Below, one piece after another: positions 1 through 10,818 of a DNA stretch of 64,000 nt. Positions within the stretch are counted from its first letter, which is position 1, and each line of letters starts with the position of its first letter. The stretch is taken from positions 160,001-224,000 of the forward strand of contig CAVZZA010000005.1 in assembly GCA_963779615.1 (NCBI GenBank). Reading direction: 5' to 3'. Source of the DNA: an uncultured Nitrososphaeraceae archaeon. Its GTDB lineage: Archaea; Thermoproteota; Nitrososphaeria; Nitrososphaerales; Nitrososphaeraceae. A model generated the notes under the pieces. The model saw only the letters and a program-made list of their open reading frames with translations, ran no database searches and was not told the DNA's origin. The translations under genes were made by a program, and so were the position numbers.

Positions 1-624
1 TTAAGAACGAAATATGCTGGAGAAATAGGAATTAGGCTATTAATCTCCTCGATCGCTTTGATTGCGTCTAGGCTAGATCTTTCAATAACACCCATTTTTT
101 CACACGGTTATAGGAACTATATGAGGGTATATTGCAAAGTTGTAAAAAGCAATTACCTTGCAAATAAAATTCAAGAAAAATTAGGATATGTCATCCATTG
201 TTTTAATTGTGGGAATCGATACTTTGTAAATAGACTTTATGGCATATCGGATTGCAACAGCTGTCATTATAAGGCAACTATTGGGGGGCCGCTTTGGATA
301 TCCGAAATATTTGACAAGGGGATAACGGGGCAAATAGTAGAGTCAATCGTGAATCTTGAGTGCCAAATCGATAAATCAATGAAACCATCTTTAAATAGCA
401 TAAAAAATTTTTTTACCACTGCTTTAAACGAGTTAGACGTTATCCCTTATCACTACATCAATGATGAAATAGGCAAGATGTTAAAGAAAAACGTGATGAG
501 TGTCGACAGAATAGTTGAACTGTTAAATAAGAATGGATACCTATCCAGTACAACTATTTTTGCTGCGAGTGGTTTTAAAACCAATGCATCAATTATGGAT
601 ATAAAAAAAATTTGCATTAATTGA
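1..624 (+). CDS. trm1: tRNA (guanine-26-N2)-dimethyltransferase Trm1, C-terminal part (5' end outside window)
   Basis: Frame is open from position 1 (…AGEIGIRLLIS…). Contains the CxxC…CxxC zinc ribbon followed by GGPLW and a C-terminal SGFKTNA, as in archaeal Trm1. Confidence 0.85.
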   Translation, partial: LRTKYAGEIGIRLLISSIALIASRLDLSITPIFSHGYRNYMRVYCKVVKSNYLANKIQEKLGYVIHCFNCGNRYFVNRLYGISDCNSCHYKATIGGPLWISEIFDKGITGQIVESIVNLECQIDKSMKPSLNSIKNFFTTALNELDVIPYHYINDEIGKMLKKNVMSVDRIVELLNKNGYLSSTTIFAASGFKTNASIMDIKKICIN

Positions 625-832
625 ACCATTAATCGAATTACACATTTAATTCAAAATATTTGATATGACATCTTGATTGTCATTAGTGATTTTTTATAAT
701 TACTGCAATTTGGGCCTTTTTTATGTATGGGGTTAAACATGTTTATTTAAGAAAAATGTAACTTTAAAGTAAAAAAATGGTTAAGCAAAAATAGGGTGAA
801 TCGTGTTTAAAAAAATTGCTTTACATTTAGTT

Positions 833-2938
833 TTAGCCAAATGGAAGCGGAATGTTGATGCCTTGCTTGCCCAACTGGTTCTGAACATCATTGATTATTT
901 TAGACGCCAAATCTTTCCCATAGCTATAGCCCTGATTGAAGTCTCCAGCAGCATCATCTTCACTTGAATCACTAGTGGTGGTATCGGTGTCTGAGTTGGG
1001 GGCTGTGTCAGGAGTTATGTCAGGGGTCGAGTCTGTTGTTTCTGAGTCAGGGGTCGAGTCTGTTGTTTCTGAGTCAGGGGTCGAGTCTGTTGTTTCTGAG
1101 TCAGGGGTCGAGTCTGTTGTTTCTGAGTCAGGGGTCGAGTCTGTTGTTTCTGAGTCAGGGGTCGAGTCTGTTGTTTCTGAGTCAGGGGTCGAGTCTGTTG
1201 TTTCTGAGTCAGGGGTCGAGTCTGTTGTTTCTGAGTCAGGGGTCGAGTCTGTTGTTTCTGAGTCAGGGGTCGAGTCTGTTGTTTCTGAGTCAGGGGCGGT
1301 ATCGGGAGTTATTGCTAGGGTTGTGTCAGCTTTGTTGGATTTGTAGCCATTTGCATTAACCGTTACGGCCACATCTACCGACGGTGAGGATTCTACACCG
1401 GATGGGATTCCATCACTAAATTCACCATCGGAGTCAGTCTTTCCAGAGAAAGAAACGCTGTTTATTTTACCATTTATCGAAGCGCCATTTACTGGAGTAC
1501 TTGTTATTGAATCTTGGACAGTTATTACAAATTCTTGATCGTCACCGCTACCTTTACTATCTATGTTGATATCCAATGATTTTAAGCCTAATTGTTTGGA
1601 AGTTGTAGGTTGACCAATAGTAGGTGATGCGTCACTTTTTGGGTTCAGGTTGATAGTACCCGTATTTTCAGTTGGGCTGGAGGGATTAGATTGAGCGGTA
1701 TTAGGTGATGCTCCACTTTTCGGGTTCAGGTTGATAGTACCCGTATTTTTAGTCGGGGGTGTTAAAGCAGATGGGCCCACATGAGGGATTTCGCCACTTT
1801 TCGGGTTCTGGTTGATAGTACCCGTATTTTTAGTCGGGGGTGTTAAAGCAGATGGGCCCACATGAGGGGTTACGCCACTTTTCGGGTTCAGGTTGATGGA
1901 ACCTGTGTTGCTTGTTGGGGGTGTTGAAGTGGTGTTGGTTTGCTTGAGAGGAGCGGCACTGGTAGTTGGGGGTGTTAAAGCAGATGGGCCCACATGAGGG
2001 GTTACTCCACTTTTTTGGTTCAGGTTGATGGAACCTGTGATGTTTGTTTGGGGTGTTGAAGTGGTGTTGGTTTGCTTGAGAGGAGCGGCACTGGTAGTTG
2101 GGGGTGTTAAAGCAGATGGGCCTGTAAGAGGAGTTCCGCTGTTTATTTTTTGATTGACAGACGCCGTGTGGTTGCTTGTTGGGGTTGTTGAAGTGGTGTT
2201 GGTTTGCTTGAGAGGAGCGGCACTGGTAGTTGGGGGTGTTGAAGTGGTGTTGGTTTGCTTGAGAGGAGCGGCACTGGTAGTTGGGGGTGGTGTTGAAGTG
2301 GTGTTGGTTTGCTTGAGAGGAGCGGCACTGGTAGTTGGGGGTGGTGTTGAAGTGGTGTTGGTTTGTTTTATCGAGAACACGCTAGCTGATGAATTATTTC
2401 CTATCACCAAAGGTGTTTTAGCTTGGGTTGGAAATGTCCCATTGATCGTGGAGCCAGTCACATTAACACTATAAAAGGAATTAGTGTTGCCTGGCTGGCA
2501 TGTCAATTTTGAGGTTATTTTGTTAGAACCTTCTTTAAAAGGAGTGTAAAATGAATTAAAGTTATATTGCCATGTAGAATAATCACCATTTCCAGCCTTT
2601 CCTGTTGAATTAGTCAATTGGTATGGCTTGGCATTATTAACAATTACAAAGACCTTGCAATCTGTAGAATTGTTTTTTTCATATATTGAAAAGCCGTTTA
2701 TTGAAAGGTTTTCCCCACTTTTGTTAAAATAATTTTTACCATCACTAGAGATTTGTTCACCATCTAGAGGAGAAGTTATCCTCACACCATTAGATTTAAC
2801 TGGAGAGATGGTTTCTGCCGTGGGTTGGTTATTGCTACTAGTATTATTTGCGGGTAATTGGGCGATTATAGATGAAGAAATACCAGCTGTTAACAACATG
2901 GAGGTCAAAAGCATTAGAAAGAATATTCTATATATCAA
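833..2938 (-). CDS. Secreted/surface Ser-Thr-Pro-rich repeat protein with Nitrososphaeraceae-type N-terminal domain
   Basis: 701-aa ORF with a signal peptide. The N-terminal domain (VRITSP…CKVFVIVNNAKPY…DYSTWQY…NKITSKLTC…FYSVNVTG) is shared with 38725..40833 and is followed by several repeat blocks. Confidence 0.8.
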   Translation of the reverse strand: MIYRIFFLMLLTSMLLTAGISSSIIAQLPANNTSSNNQPTAETISPVKSNGVRITSPLDGEQISSDGKNYFNKSGENLSINGFSIYEKNNSTDCKVFVIVNNAKPYQLTNSTGKAGNGDYSTWQYNFNSFYTPFKEGSNKITSKLTCQPGNTNSFYSVNVTGSTINGTFPTQAKTPLVIGNNSSASVFSIKQTNTTSTPPPTTSAAPLKQTNTTSTPPPTTSAAPLKQTNTTSTPPTTSAAPLKQTNTTSTTPTSNHTASVNQKINSGTPLTGPSALTPPTTSAAPLKQTNTTSTPQTNITGSINLNQKSGVTPHVGPSALTPPTTSAAPLKQTNTTSTPPTSNTGSINLNPKSGVTPHVGPSALTPPTKNTGTINQNPKSGEIPHVGPSALTPPTKNTGTINLNPKSGASPNTAQSNPSSPTENTGTINLNPKSDASPTIGQPTTSKQLGLKSLDINIDSKGSGDDQEFVITVQDSITSTPVNGASINGKINSVSFSGKTDSDGEFSDGIPSGVESSPSVDVAVTVNANGYKSNKADTTLAITPDTAPDSETTDSTPDSETTDSTPDSETTDSTPDSETTDSTPDSETTDSTPDSETTDSTPDSETTDSTPDSETTDSTPDSETTDSTPDSETTDSTPDITPDTAPNSDTDTTTSDSSEDDAAGDFNQGYSYGKDLASKIINDVQNQLGKQGINIPLPFG
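1020..1295. repeat. Perfect 27-bp tandem repeat, about 10 copies (encodes DSETTDSTP)
   Basis: Unit GAGTCAGGGGTCGAGTCTGTTGTTTCT repeated head to tail. Confidence 0.95.
1640..2365. repeat. Mosaic coding repeats (PPTTSAAPLKQTNTTST and PHVGPSALTPPTKNTGTINLNPKSG units)
   Basis: Recurrent DNA blocks GGTGTTGAAGTGGTGTTGGTTTGCTTGAGAGGAGCGGCACTGGTAGTTGGGGG and GTTAAAGCAGATGGGCCCACATGAGG. Confidence 0.9.
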
Positions 2939-3100
2939 ACTATAAATAAAAGCATCTCTAATATATTAAAGGATTTTTATCTTTTTGTACCTACAAATAC
3001 AAGATAACAAAACCACAACATTATCTAATATAATATTTATCTATAAAATTATCTAGTTTTACCCCACAAAATATTTATTTTTTGCCCATAAGAAAATAGC

Positions 3101-3532
3101 ATGGATTTTAATTTCAACTTTTTTAATAAGAATAAAAACATGGAAAATGAAAAACCACGCAGTTTGATTACAATAACAAGAAACGTGGTTGACGGCATAA
3201 TATCATATTCAAAAATGCATCATCCTTATGAAGCCATATTAATTCTTGAAGGGAACAGGAAAAAGGGTGAGATATACATAAACAATCTAGTGATACCCCC
3301 TTTTTCTGTACATGGTCCTTTCTTTTCAGGCTTTCCAATAAACGAATTGCCTTTTGATTTGAAATATGTTGGAACTGCACACTCACACCCAAATGGAAGC
3401 AGTCGCCCCTCTCTTGAGGATTTGAACCACTTTTATGGGTTGATCTCAATAATAATTTCCCATCCATATGAGGAGGAGGATATTCACGCCTTCAACAGCA
3501 GTGGAAAAGAGGTTGACTATTACAAAAAATAG
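3101..3532 (+). CDS. JAMM/MPN+ (Mov34) metalloprotease
   Basis: JAMM motif E…HSHPNGSSRPSLEDL. Confidence 0.9.
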   Translation: MDFNFNFFNKNKNMENEKPRSLITITRNVVDGIISYSKMHHPYEAILILEGNRKKGEIYINNLVIPPFSVHGPFFSGFPINELPFDLKYVGTAHSHPNGSSRPSLEDLNHFYGLISIIISHPYEEEDIHAFNSSGKEVDYYKK

Positions 3533-3594
3533 TGCGAAAGCTTTTTGTCGTTTTTTAATATTGATAATTATGCGGACATACAACATTTTTAAAA

Positions 3595-5019
3595 TCAGCG
3601 CTTTTTACCGATTTTAACGAGATTTTCTAATGATCTACCTATCAGTATAAAGGCTATACTAGTTATAGAAATCATCAAGCCCGGCGAAACAACCCACCAC
3701 CAGTATCCAAGTATTTCAGCCGAAGAGGCATGAGCTTCCTGCAACATTTGACCCCAAGTCGGAAAGGATGGGTCTCCAAAACCGAGAAAACTTAATGCAG
3801 ACTCCCCCAATATCGCAATGGGTACAGACAGTGCAAAGTTAGCCAAAGTAAAAGGTAATAATTGCGGTACTATGTGACGCAGCACAATTTTAAAATCAGA
3901 CTCACCCATTAACTTTGATGCCTCTACATACTGATAGTTTTTTATTTGAATACTGAATGTCCTATTCAGCAAAGCCAAGCCCGGCCAACCAAATAAAATA
4001 AAAAGACCAATCAAAAACAATAGGTTTCTTCCAAAATGAATAGAAATTATGATAAATAAAATTAAAGTCGGAACAGAGATAAAAATGTCGATAATTGTTA
4101 ACATAAACGTTCCCGTTTTTTTTCCCCTATATCCCGAATACAACCCATAAAAAAGTCCAATGAATGACGAGGACAAGGCGACAGTAACACCTATAAAGAG
4201 GGCAACCGGCGTGCCAATTAAGATTCCGAAAAAAACATCACGCCTGAAATCATCCGTGCCCAATAATCCAAAAACTTTTCCCTGTATTACCAATTTCAGG
4301 TTATTTAAAACTGTATTGTCGTCAAATGAATATACAGAAAAGATGAATTCATACTTGCCTTTTAAAGGTACATTAGCGTTTGTTTGTGAAAAAATTACTT
4401 TTTCTGACGGAAGATCGGAAATAGAAAAATTAAAAAGATAAGAATACCCAGTTAGGGAGCTTTTTACTTCCTGGGAAGAAGAAAAAATTCTTCCTGTAAC
4501 GGTGTCCTGGCTTGTGTCAGTGGTTGTATCGGGATTATCAATATCAGGGCCTTTGGTGATTTTTTGAAGGCTATTTGCAGAATCTATCGAATTAGAGTAA
4601 ATTTTAAACTCCAAATTATCCGGCCTTTTCACATACACCTCTACCGCAGGCGGAACTTCACCCGATGTTATTGTGTAAGGGATATCAAAAGCAGATGGGA
4701 ATTCATCAAAGTTGAACTGATACGAAAAAGTGTTATTCTCGTTGTTGAAGTTGGCAGTGTTAATGGAGTTTGTGACCCCCTCCTGCTGATAAAAAATCCT
4801 GTGCTCCGGAAGCTGGTAATTAAACGGTTTTAAAACAAGGTTTATCCATTCAGGATATGCAGTTTTTGGATTGTCTGACCAGTACATCGGATCATTCCAG
4901 TGCAATCGTGATTGTGCTGGAATAAAAAACAGCGCATAACATGTCATAAGTATCAAGAACACAAGGAGCAAGCTTCCAATAAAGCCCCCCTTATTTTCTC
5001 TTATTAGTTGAAAGATCAT
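3595..5019 (-). CDS. Peptide/nickel ABC transporter permease (DppC/OppC type)
   Basis: LLGTDDFRRDV, EAA-like loop YVEASKLMGES, and LSFLGFGDPSFPTWGQML. Confidence 0.9.
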   Translation of the reverse strand: MIFQLIRENKGGFIGSLLLVFLILMTCYALFFIPAQSRLHWNDPMYWSDNPKTAYPEWINLVLKPFNYQLPEHRIFYQQEGVTNSINTANFNNENNTFSYQFNFDEFPSAFDIPYTITSGEVPPAVEVYVKRPDNLEFKIYSNSIDSANSLQKITKGPDIDNPDTTTDTSQDTVTGRIFSSSQEVKSSLTGYSYLFNFSISDLPSEKVIFSQTNANVPLKGKYEFIFSVYSFDDNTVLNNLKLVIQGKVFGLLGTDDFRRDVFFGILIGTPVALFIGVTVALSSSFIGLFYGLYSGYRGKKTGTFMLTIIDIFISVPTLILFIIISIHFGRNLLFLIGLFILFGWPGLALLNRTFSIQIKNYQYVEASKLMGESDFKIVLRHIVPQLLPFTLANFALSVPIAILGESALSFLGFGDPSFPTWGQMLQEAHASSAEILGYWWWVVSPGLMISITSIAFILIGRSLENLVKIGKKR

Positions 5020-5042
5020 AGCAGCATCAGAGGCCTCCTTGC

Positions 5043-6113
5043 CTAGCTTTCCCCAGTTTTAATCCTAGGATCAAAATATGTAAAACAAACGTCCAAAACT
5101 AAACGAGTCAATAAATAAATCAGTGTGAAAAAATAGCCAAGACCGATAATCAACGGAGAGTCATTTTGGATTATGGCGTTATAAAACAGGTTTCCCATTC
5201 CAGGCCAATCAAAAATCTGCTCAACCAAGATAGAACCCCCTAATGACGCGGTAATGCCCAATCCAATAATCGTCGCCAGCTGTGGTCCGGCATTCTTCAG
5301 GGCGTGTTTATACAAAATGCTTCTTTGGGGAATTCCCATGATCTTTAGTGTTTTTATGAAATCTTCATCAAGGATTCTCAATATTATATATTTAACATAA
5401 TAAACAAAAGATGCAAAACCGATAATTACAATAGTTATGAAAGGCAACGCCATATGATAGAGCAAATCAACAAAATATCCAGGCTCATTTGGGGGGATTA
5501 GAGGAGTTGCCCTGGGAGGAAATATGTGCAAAAAGAATGAAAAAACCACAATCATTATCATTGAAAACCACCATTGAGGAACACTTTGGCTGATGGACGC
5601 CAAACCCGAAATAGATTTATCCATTAGTTTACCCTCTTTGGATGCCAAATAAGAACCAAAAAACAGTCCAATGAGCACAATTGTGATTGATGATGAGGTA
5701 AACAATAGAACGGTGTTTGGCATTTTCTCCAAAATCAAATCATTAACTTTGTCTGATCCAAAATACGTGGTAGAAAATCTGGAGTTACCCAAATCCAAAA
5801 ATATTATTTTAACAACGCTATTGAAAAGTTTTTTTGGAGAATACCACGGCTCATCCAAACCCAGGCTTTGGCTTTGAAGCTTGATTTGCTGCTCTACAAA
5901 TTTCTGTCTTTCATCAAAATTCTTAAATTGCTGAAATTTCGGGTTTTCAGCAGAAACACTGGAAATTGAATTAATTACCTGCAATCTGACCGAGTCCATC
6001 ATTATTTTGTCAATGGTGGAGCCCAAAAGGAATATCGTAATCAACAATGTAATTAACAACACTATGAATAAAATTATGATTTTTTTTAACAAAAATAAAA
6101 AAAATACTTTCAA
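5043..6113 (-). CDS. Peptide/nickel ABC transporter permease (DppB/OppB type)
   Basis: HMALPFIT, KHALKNA, VEQIFDWPGMG and C-terminal YFDPRIK. Confidence 0.9.
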   Translation of the reverse strand: MKVFFLFLLKKIIILFIVLLITLLITIFLLGSTIDKIMMDSVRLQVINSISSVSAENPKFQQFKNFDERQKFVEQQIKLQSQSLGLDEPWYSPKKLFNSVVKIIFLDLGNSRFSTTYFGSDKVNDLILEKMPNTVLLFTSSSITIVLIGLFFGSYLASKEGKLMDKSISGLASISQSVPQWWFSMIMIVVFSFFLHIFPPRATPLIPPNEPGYFVDLLYHMALPFITIVIIGFASFVYYVKYIILRILDEDFIKTLKIMGIPQRSILYKHALKNAGPQLATIIGLGITASLGGSILVEQIFDWPGMGNLFYNAIIQNDSPLIIGLGYFFTLIYLLTRLVLDVCFTYFDPRIKTGES

Positions 6114-6154
6114 CTTGTGCTATAAATGAATAAATCGATAAAGGTATTAATCTA

Positions 6155-8645
6155 TTACTTTTGCGGTATCGCAATCAACACATACTCATAAATGATAGGT
6201 CGTTGAGAGGTCTCTGACGTTACAAATATTTTAAGTTTGGCAGGGCCGATCGAAAGTTGTTTTGTTTTGTCAGGGTCTATTTGCAATGATATCCGGTTTG
6301 GAGTATCGCCTGCATCATTTTGCATACTAGAGTGATGTTCATCTATAGTAGAATAATTTGAGCCATTTACCAGATTGTGTATTACGACATTGTTACTCCT
6401 GTCTGAAACAAAGTAATTTACTGTTCCATTAAACTTCTTTGTCTTATCGGCATCATGTACATCATCTTTAAAAGCAATCTCGATATCAAATCTAAATGGA
6501 TCACCGATTTTAATAAATTTGGGAACGTTGATTTTGTTGATTTTTATTTGTTGGGAATTTTCAAGATTCGAAAAATACCCTTTTTTATAGGGATAGGTGT
6601 CATCGTTAAACTTTTTTAACGTAATCACACCACCGGAGGGATTAAAGGATTCCAAGTAATAGGGACCATTCCCTATTTCAGCGTTATGATGGACATCAAT
6701 CCATCGAATTGAGGATTCATACCTCTTCAAGGCATAATCCAATGTTATTAATCCTTTCAAGGGATTAGGTATAAATTTTTCCTGTTTCATTTTTTCCAAC
6801 TCTTGCTTTATCAATTCAGAGTGAGTTGGAAGAATCATAGACAATTGTTCGTTTTGCTTAATGCTGGATTCAGCTTTTGAATACGATATCTTGTTATTTG
6901 CCACAAGACGCTCTGTTGCTGCGGATATTTCCCATGGCTCGGAAGCCCAAACTGTTCCGTAAGAGGGAAGTTGTTTTTTATCATAGTGCCACATGTCTAC
7001 GTAAGATTCGAAGGTATTGTCCTCATTAAACTTGATACCTTTAATCAACGGCAAAGTCGGGAGAGTCAAGGATGAGGTACTCGGCATCATAGGTGCGATC
7101 GTTGTTTTTTGTGTCTGTAGACCATTCGTATGGAAAATAAAAAGAGTACAGCAAATCATACCTATCCATTGGAATCCCGTTATGCCATTTTGAATATAGC
7201 GGTGTCACCGTTATTTTCGTTAATGCAGTTTTGTTGCCTTCTTCATCATCACCACCACCCCATGTCTGGTTAAACGGATTCCAAACAAGAGCGTCTCCTG
7301 GGACCGGAATTTTTTTAAAGGGCCCATTTGACACAACATCTGTCCAGTTGTTTCGAAACGGCATTGGGTCTCCAGTATAAGGATTTAATAAATAGGGGCC
7401 ATCCGAGAGCAGCGAATCAACTTGCCTGCAGTAAAAATCCTTACAACCACCAACACTGTTCCAGGCCCCTTGATAGATCTGCTTTGTGCCAACATTAAGC
7501 GTATCATTACCAGAGCCATTTTTTTGGGCATTCATGAAAGATAACTCATTAGCAATACCAGCCGAATAATCATTGATTAATCCCGTGATCCTGGATGAAG
7601 AGATGTATGGATCATGGGACCTTGCAAAAAAAAGCCTCACGGACTCCTGAATTCCAATTGATTCTGCCTTTTTTAACAGTTCATTTCTCTCCCCCTTTGA
7701 TGTATAGTTATTGAATATCAGGTTTTTAGTTAGGTAGTCGATTGTTGAATTGGAGTATTGCCAAAAACCAGGGTTTTGGGAGCCTGGCATATTACCAACC
7801 CATGGCGCGTACATTTGTCCCACAATGCCAGGATTATAACGTAAAAAAGAGCTTGAAATAAAAGACTCGGTATAGACATTCCAATCGAGATCTGCAGGGT
7901 TAGACCCGTAAATGACCTCGTTTGCCTTTATAAGGTCCCCATATTCTTTTATAACTGAAAAGCCGGTTTTTCCAAGTTCTGAGGCAATAAGGTCGCCGAA
8001 TGTTTTCCTTAAGAGATCATCGTTTCTTATTAGTATTTTAACAACAACAGGCTTTCCATTAAATGTCCATTTGCCATTGGCATCCAATATTCCTCCGGCT
8101 TTTTTCATTGAATCAGATATCGTTTTTGAGGCAAAATTAGGGTTATAATTAATTTTTAATGGCTCGACAACATCTACAATATTTTGATATTCGGGCGAGA
8201 ATTGCCCATATGGCTCAAAAATGGGATCGCCAAAACCTTTTAGAATATCATTGACAATGAAATTCCTATCTATTAAAAAATTAAGGGCATGCCTTATTTC
8301 ACGTATGGAAAAGGGATTAAATGTTTGACTGCTATTTGTTGGATTTATGACAATACCGTAGGACAAACCATCCTTTTCATAAATTTTTAGATTCATGCTT
8401 TTTTTTGCCTCTTCAATCAACTGCAAAGGGATTTGAAACAAATACAAATCGAGGTTGCCATTACCTACCTGCTGATAGGCAACATTCTCATTAGAATAAC
8501 GTATGAATTTTATCTCATCAAGATAACCACCAGTATCAGTGGTGGTGGTGGTGGTGGCTGTTGATGCCAATGAGTAATTATTCAGATTAACATAAGCAGA
8601 AGACAAAATAATCAAAAACAAAAAGGCAATAACAAAGATTTTCAT
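6155..8645 (-). pseudogene. Family-5 ABC substrate-binding protein split by one frameshift near 7075-7080
   Basis: ORFs 7041..8645 and 6155..7159 overlap and join as …DRTYDAEY / SSLTLPTLPLIKG…. Has the NPFSIREIRHALNFLIDR and GNGPYYL motifs. Could be a real lesion or an assembly indel. Confidence 0.8.
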
Positions 8646-9203
8646 CGAACAGGTTAAAATTTAAAATCCAGTTTAATAAATCTTAAACACACTTGACCAT
8701 AAATCAAGGTGTACAATATGCATTTATTATAATTAGCACATTCTTTTTAGAACCGCAACAATAGAACAGAATAGCTTTGTTGCATGCTATGGTTTCTAAT
8801 TTTCAGACGTTTTAGGCTTATTTCTACAGGTAATCGATATTTGTGTTATAGGTCAAACGTAAGATATTGATGCAGGCTTTTTATTCCAACCCTAACTGCC
8901 TACGCACTATAAAATTTCTCAGGATAATTGTGGCTGAACACACCATGACATTCCTCAACAGGAATCTTTATGAATACCACAGAAATATTCAAACAATCCA
9001 TGAAATACAAAATCGTAAATAGAATCTTTGATAAATATCCAATTTAGTCTATAGACTAGTATCCTTTTTTACCACAATGCCACATCGCACAAGACGGTCT
9101 ATTTGCTATTTCAATAAAAAAAATAACAGTGTGGGCCAAGACAAATGACAATTAAAGATATTTATGAATTGGGTTTTTTGGTTGAGCATGTGAGTCCAGA
9201 ATG

Positions 9204-9506
9204 CTAAACAAAGCAATTCTCCGAAAAATCCACAATTTCTGGTACAGGTGCAGGATCATTAAATTGTATTTTAAAGCACGGCTTTTCTATAGTTTCACTT
9301 TCATTGACCGGTAGCAACATAGCCAGATAGTTTTCATTATCCGCAACAGGGCTTCCATCAAAAGTAAAAACAGCCTTTTTTTTATCGTCTTCCACAAGAT
9401 CCAACCGTTTTAATTGTGATTTGCCATTTTTGAGAAAAACCATTCCATAGTATGTATGTTCATCGTCATCTATGGACGGGTATGAAATTATAACTTTGAA
9501 TGTCAT
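9204..9506 (-). CDS. Hypothetical protein
   Basis: 100-aa ATG ORF with protein-like composition and a TATA-like TTTATAAA about 25-35 bp upstream. Confidence 0.55.
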   Translation of the reverse strand: MTFKVIISYPSIDDDEHTYYGMVFLKNGKSQLKRLDLVEDDKKKAVFTFDGSPVADNENYLAMLLPVNESETIEKPCFKIQFNDPAPVPEIVDFSENCFV

Positions 9507-10783
9507 AGTTAAGCATAATATGTATAAAGATATTTATAAATATTGTCATTTACTGGAAATAACCATTGTTATTGGACAATATCTAACTGCTAATAAATAT
9601 TTAGGATTTTCTTATTAGATTGCAACCTGAATTTATGCATGGTTACTCAACTTTTTTAAAATTTATTCAAAAAAGCGCTGAGTCATATCACAAGGCATTA
9701 TGATTTATCTTTTATTGCTCATGGATGATTGCAGCAACACCATAGTCGACGGTAAAACGGAAATAGCTTGTTCCTGCACATCCCCTGCCATTAGATACAA
9801 ATAAAAAAACCGAAAATAAGAATATGGAAAAAGAAAGGCAAAAATGCACTGTAATTGAAGTGATGTGAAACAGGTCTGTTAGTTTATAATCGCGTTAAGA
9901 GTTAAATGGAGGTCTAATCATCCAAGGGGTCAAGGACGTAAGCTTTCAAATTCCATTCAGAAATTGCATTTTTAATATTCAATGATAATTCAGGTGTTTA
10001 ACGGAATCGAAAAGCAATTAGTATATTAATACTATCTCCATATTTTTTTTTATGAATAACAATTTAAAAAGAACTCACGCATATAGCTCTAAAAGGACAG
10101 AAAGCAAGAAATACGCCAAGGTAGAAAGGAGAAAGAGAAACAAAGCAAGATATTAACTTTATTTTTACCCGATTAGGCGTGTTCTGTCCAATTAAATGGC
10201 ATTGAGAAGTTGGAAATCGCATATAGGTTTATCAGCAAATAAATCAATATTTAAAACTACTGTATCCCTTATGAATGCAAAAAATAAGCACCAATACCGA
10301 TACATTGCCTATAACAGTTTAGCGCTCATTTAGTTTTTTTAAAGTTTAATACCATACCTTTGAGTTTTGATAACCTTTTTTATGGACTAAAATATTGAGG
10401 ATATAATGAATGATTATTATTAGATCTACTACCGAAAAATAAGGTGCAGTAGCATCATGTTTGGGTGACGATAAAAATATAATGTAAAAGATATGACCTA
10501 AAATTTGACGATGTTCAAAATCTAGATGTGATGGTTTTGATGGAGAACAAAAGATTTAATATTAGAGGACCAAAGGATATTGAAGGACTCAACAAATAAC
10601 ATCCAATAGATGCAAAGAAATGCAAGCATGATGAAACTGGTTAATTTTGATAAAAACTCAATTGTAAATCCATAATTCTTTTTGTTATCAGTGGTTTTTT
10701 AAGCAAAATTATAAATAAATCCCCTTTAGTTGACAAGAATTATTAGTCGATATATTTATATAGAAGAAAAGATATATATACTT

Positions 10784-10801
10784 GTGAAAATGGTTTATAA
10801 G
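10784..10801 (+). promoter_or_regulatory. Archaeal BRE/TATA promoter of tfb
   Basis: GTGAAAATGG followed by TTTATAAG about 25 bp upstream of the ATG at 10819, which is leaderless spacing. Confidence 0.55.
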
Positions 10802-10818
10802 TTTTATGGTGATATTCA

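Noticed and set aside
936-1359. Plus-strand ORFs 936..1346 and 1036..1359; 27-bp array as a possible CRISPR
   Set aside because: These are antisense shadows of a stop-free coding repeat. The units are contiguous with no spacers, and no cas genes are present.
9520-10780. 1.2-kb gene-free stretch upstream of tfb
   Set aside because: I looked for repeats, ORB-like boxes and RNA structure and found nothing convincing.
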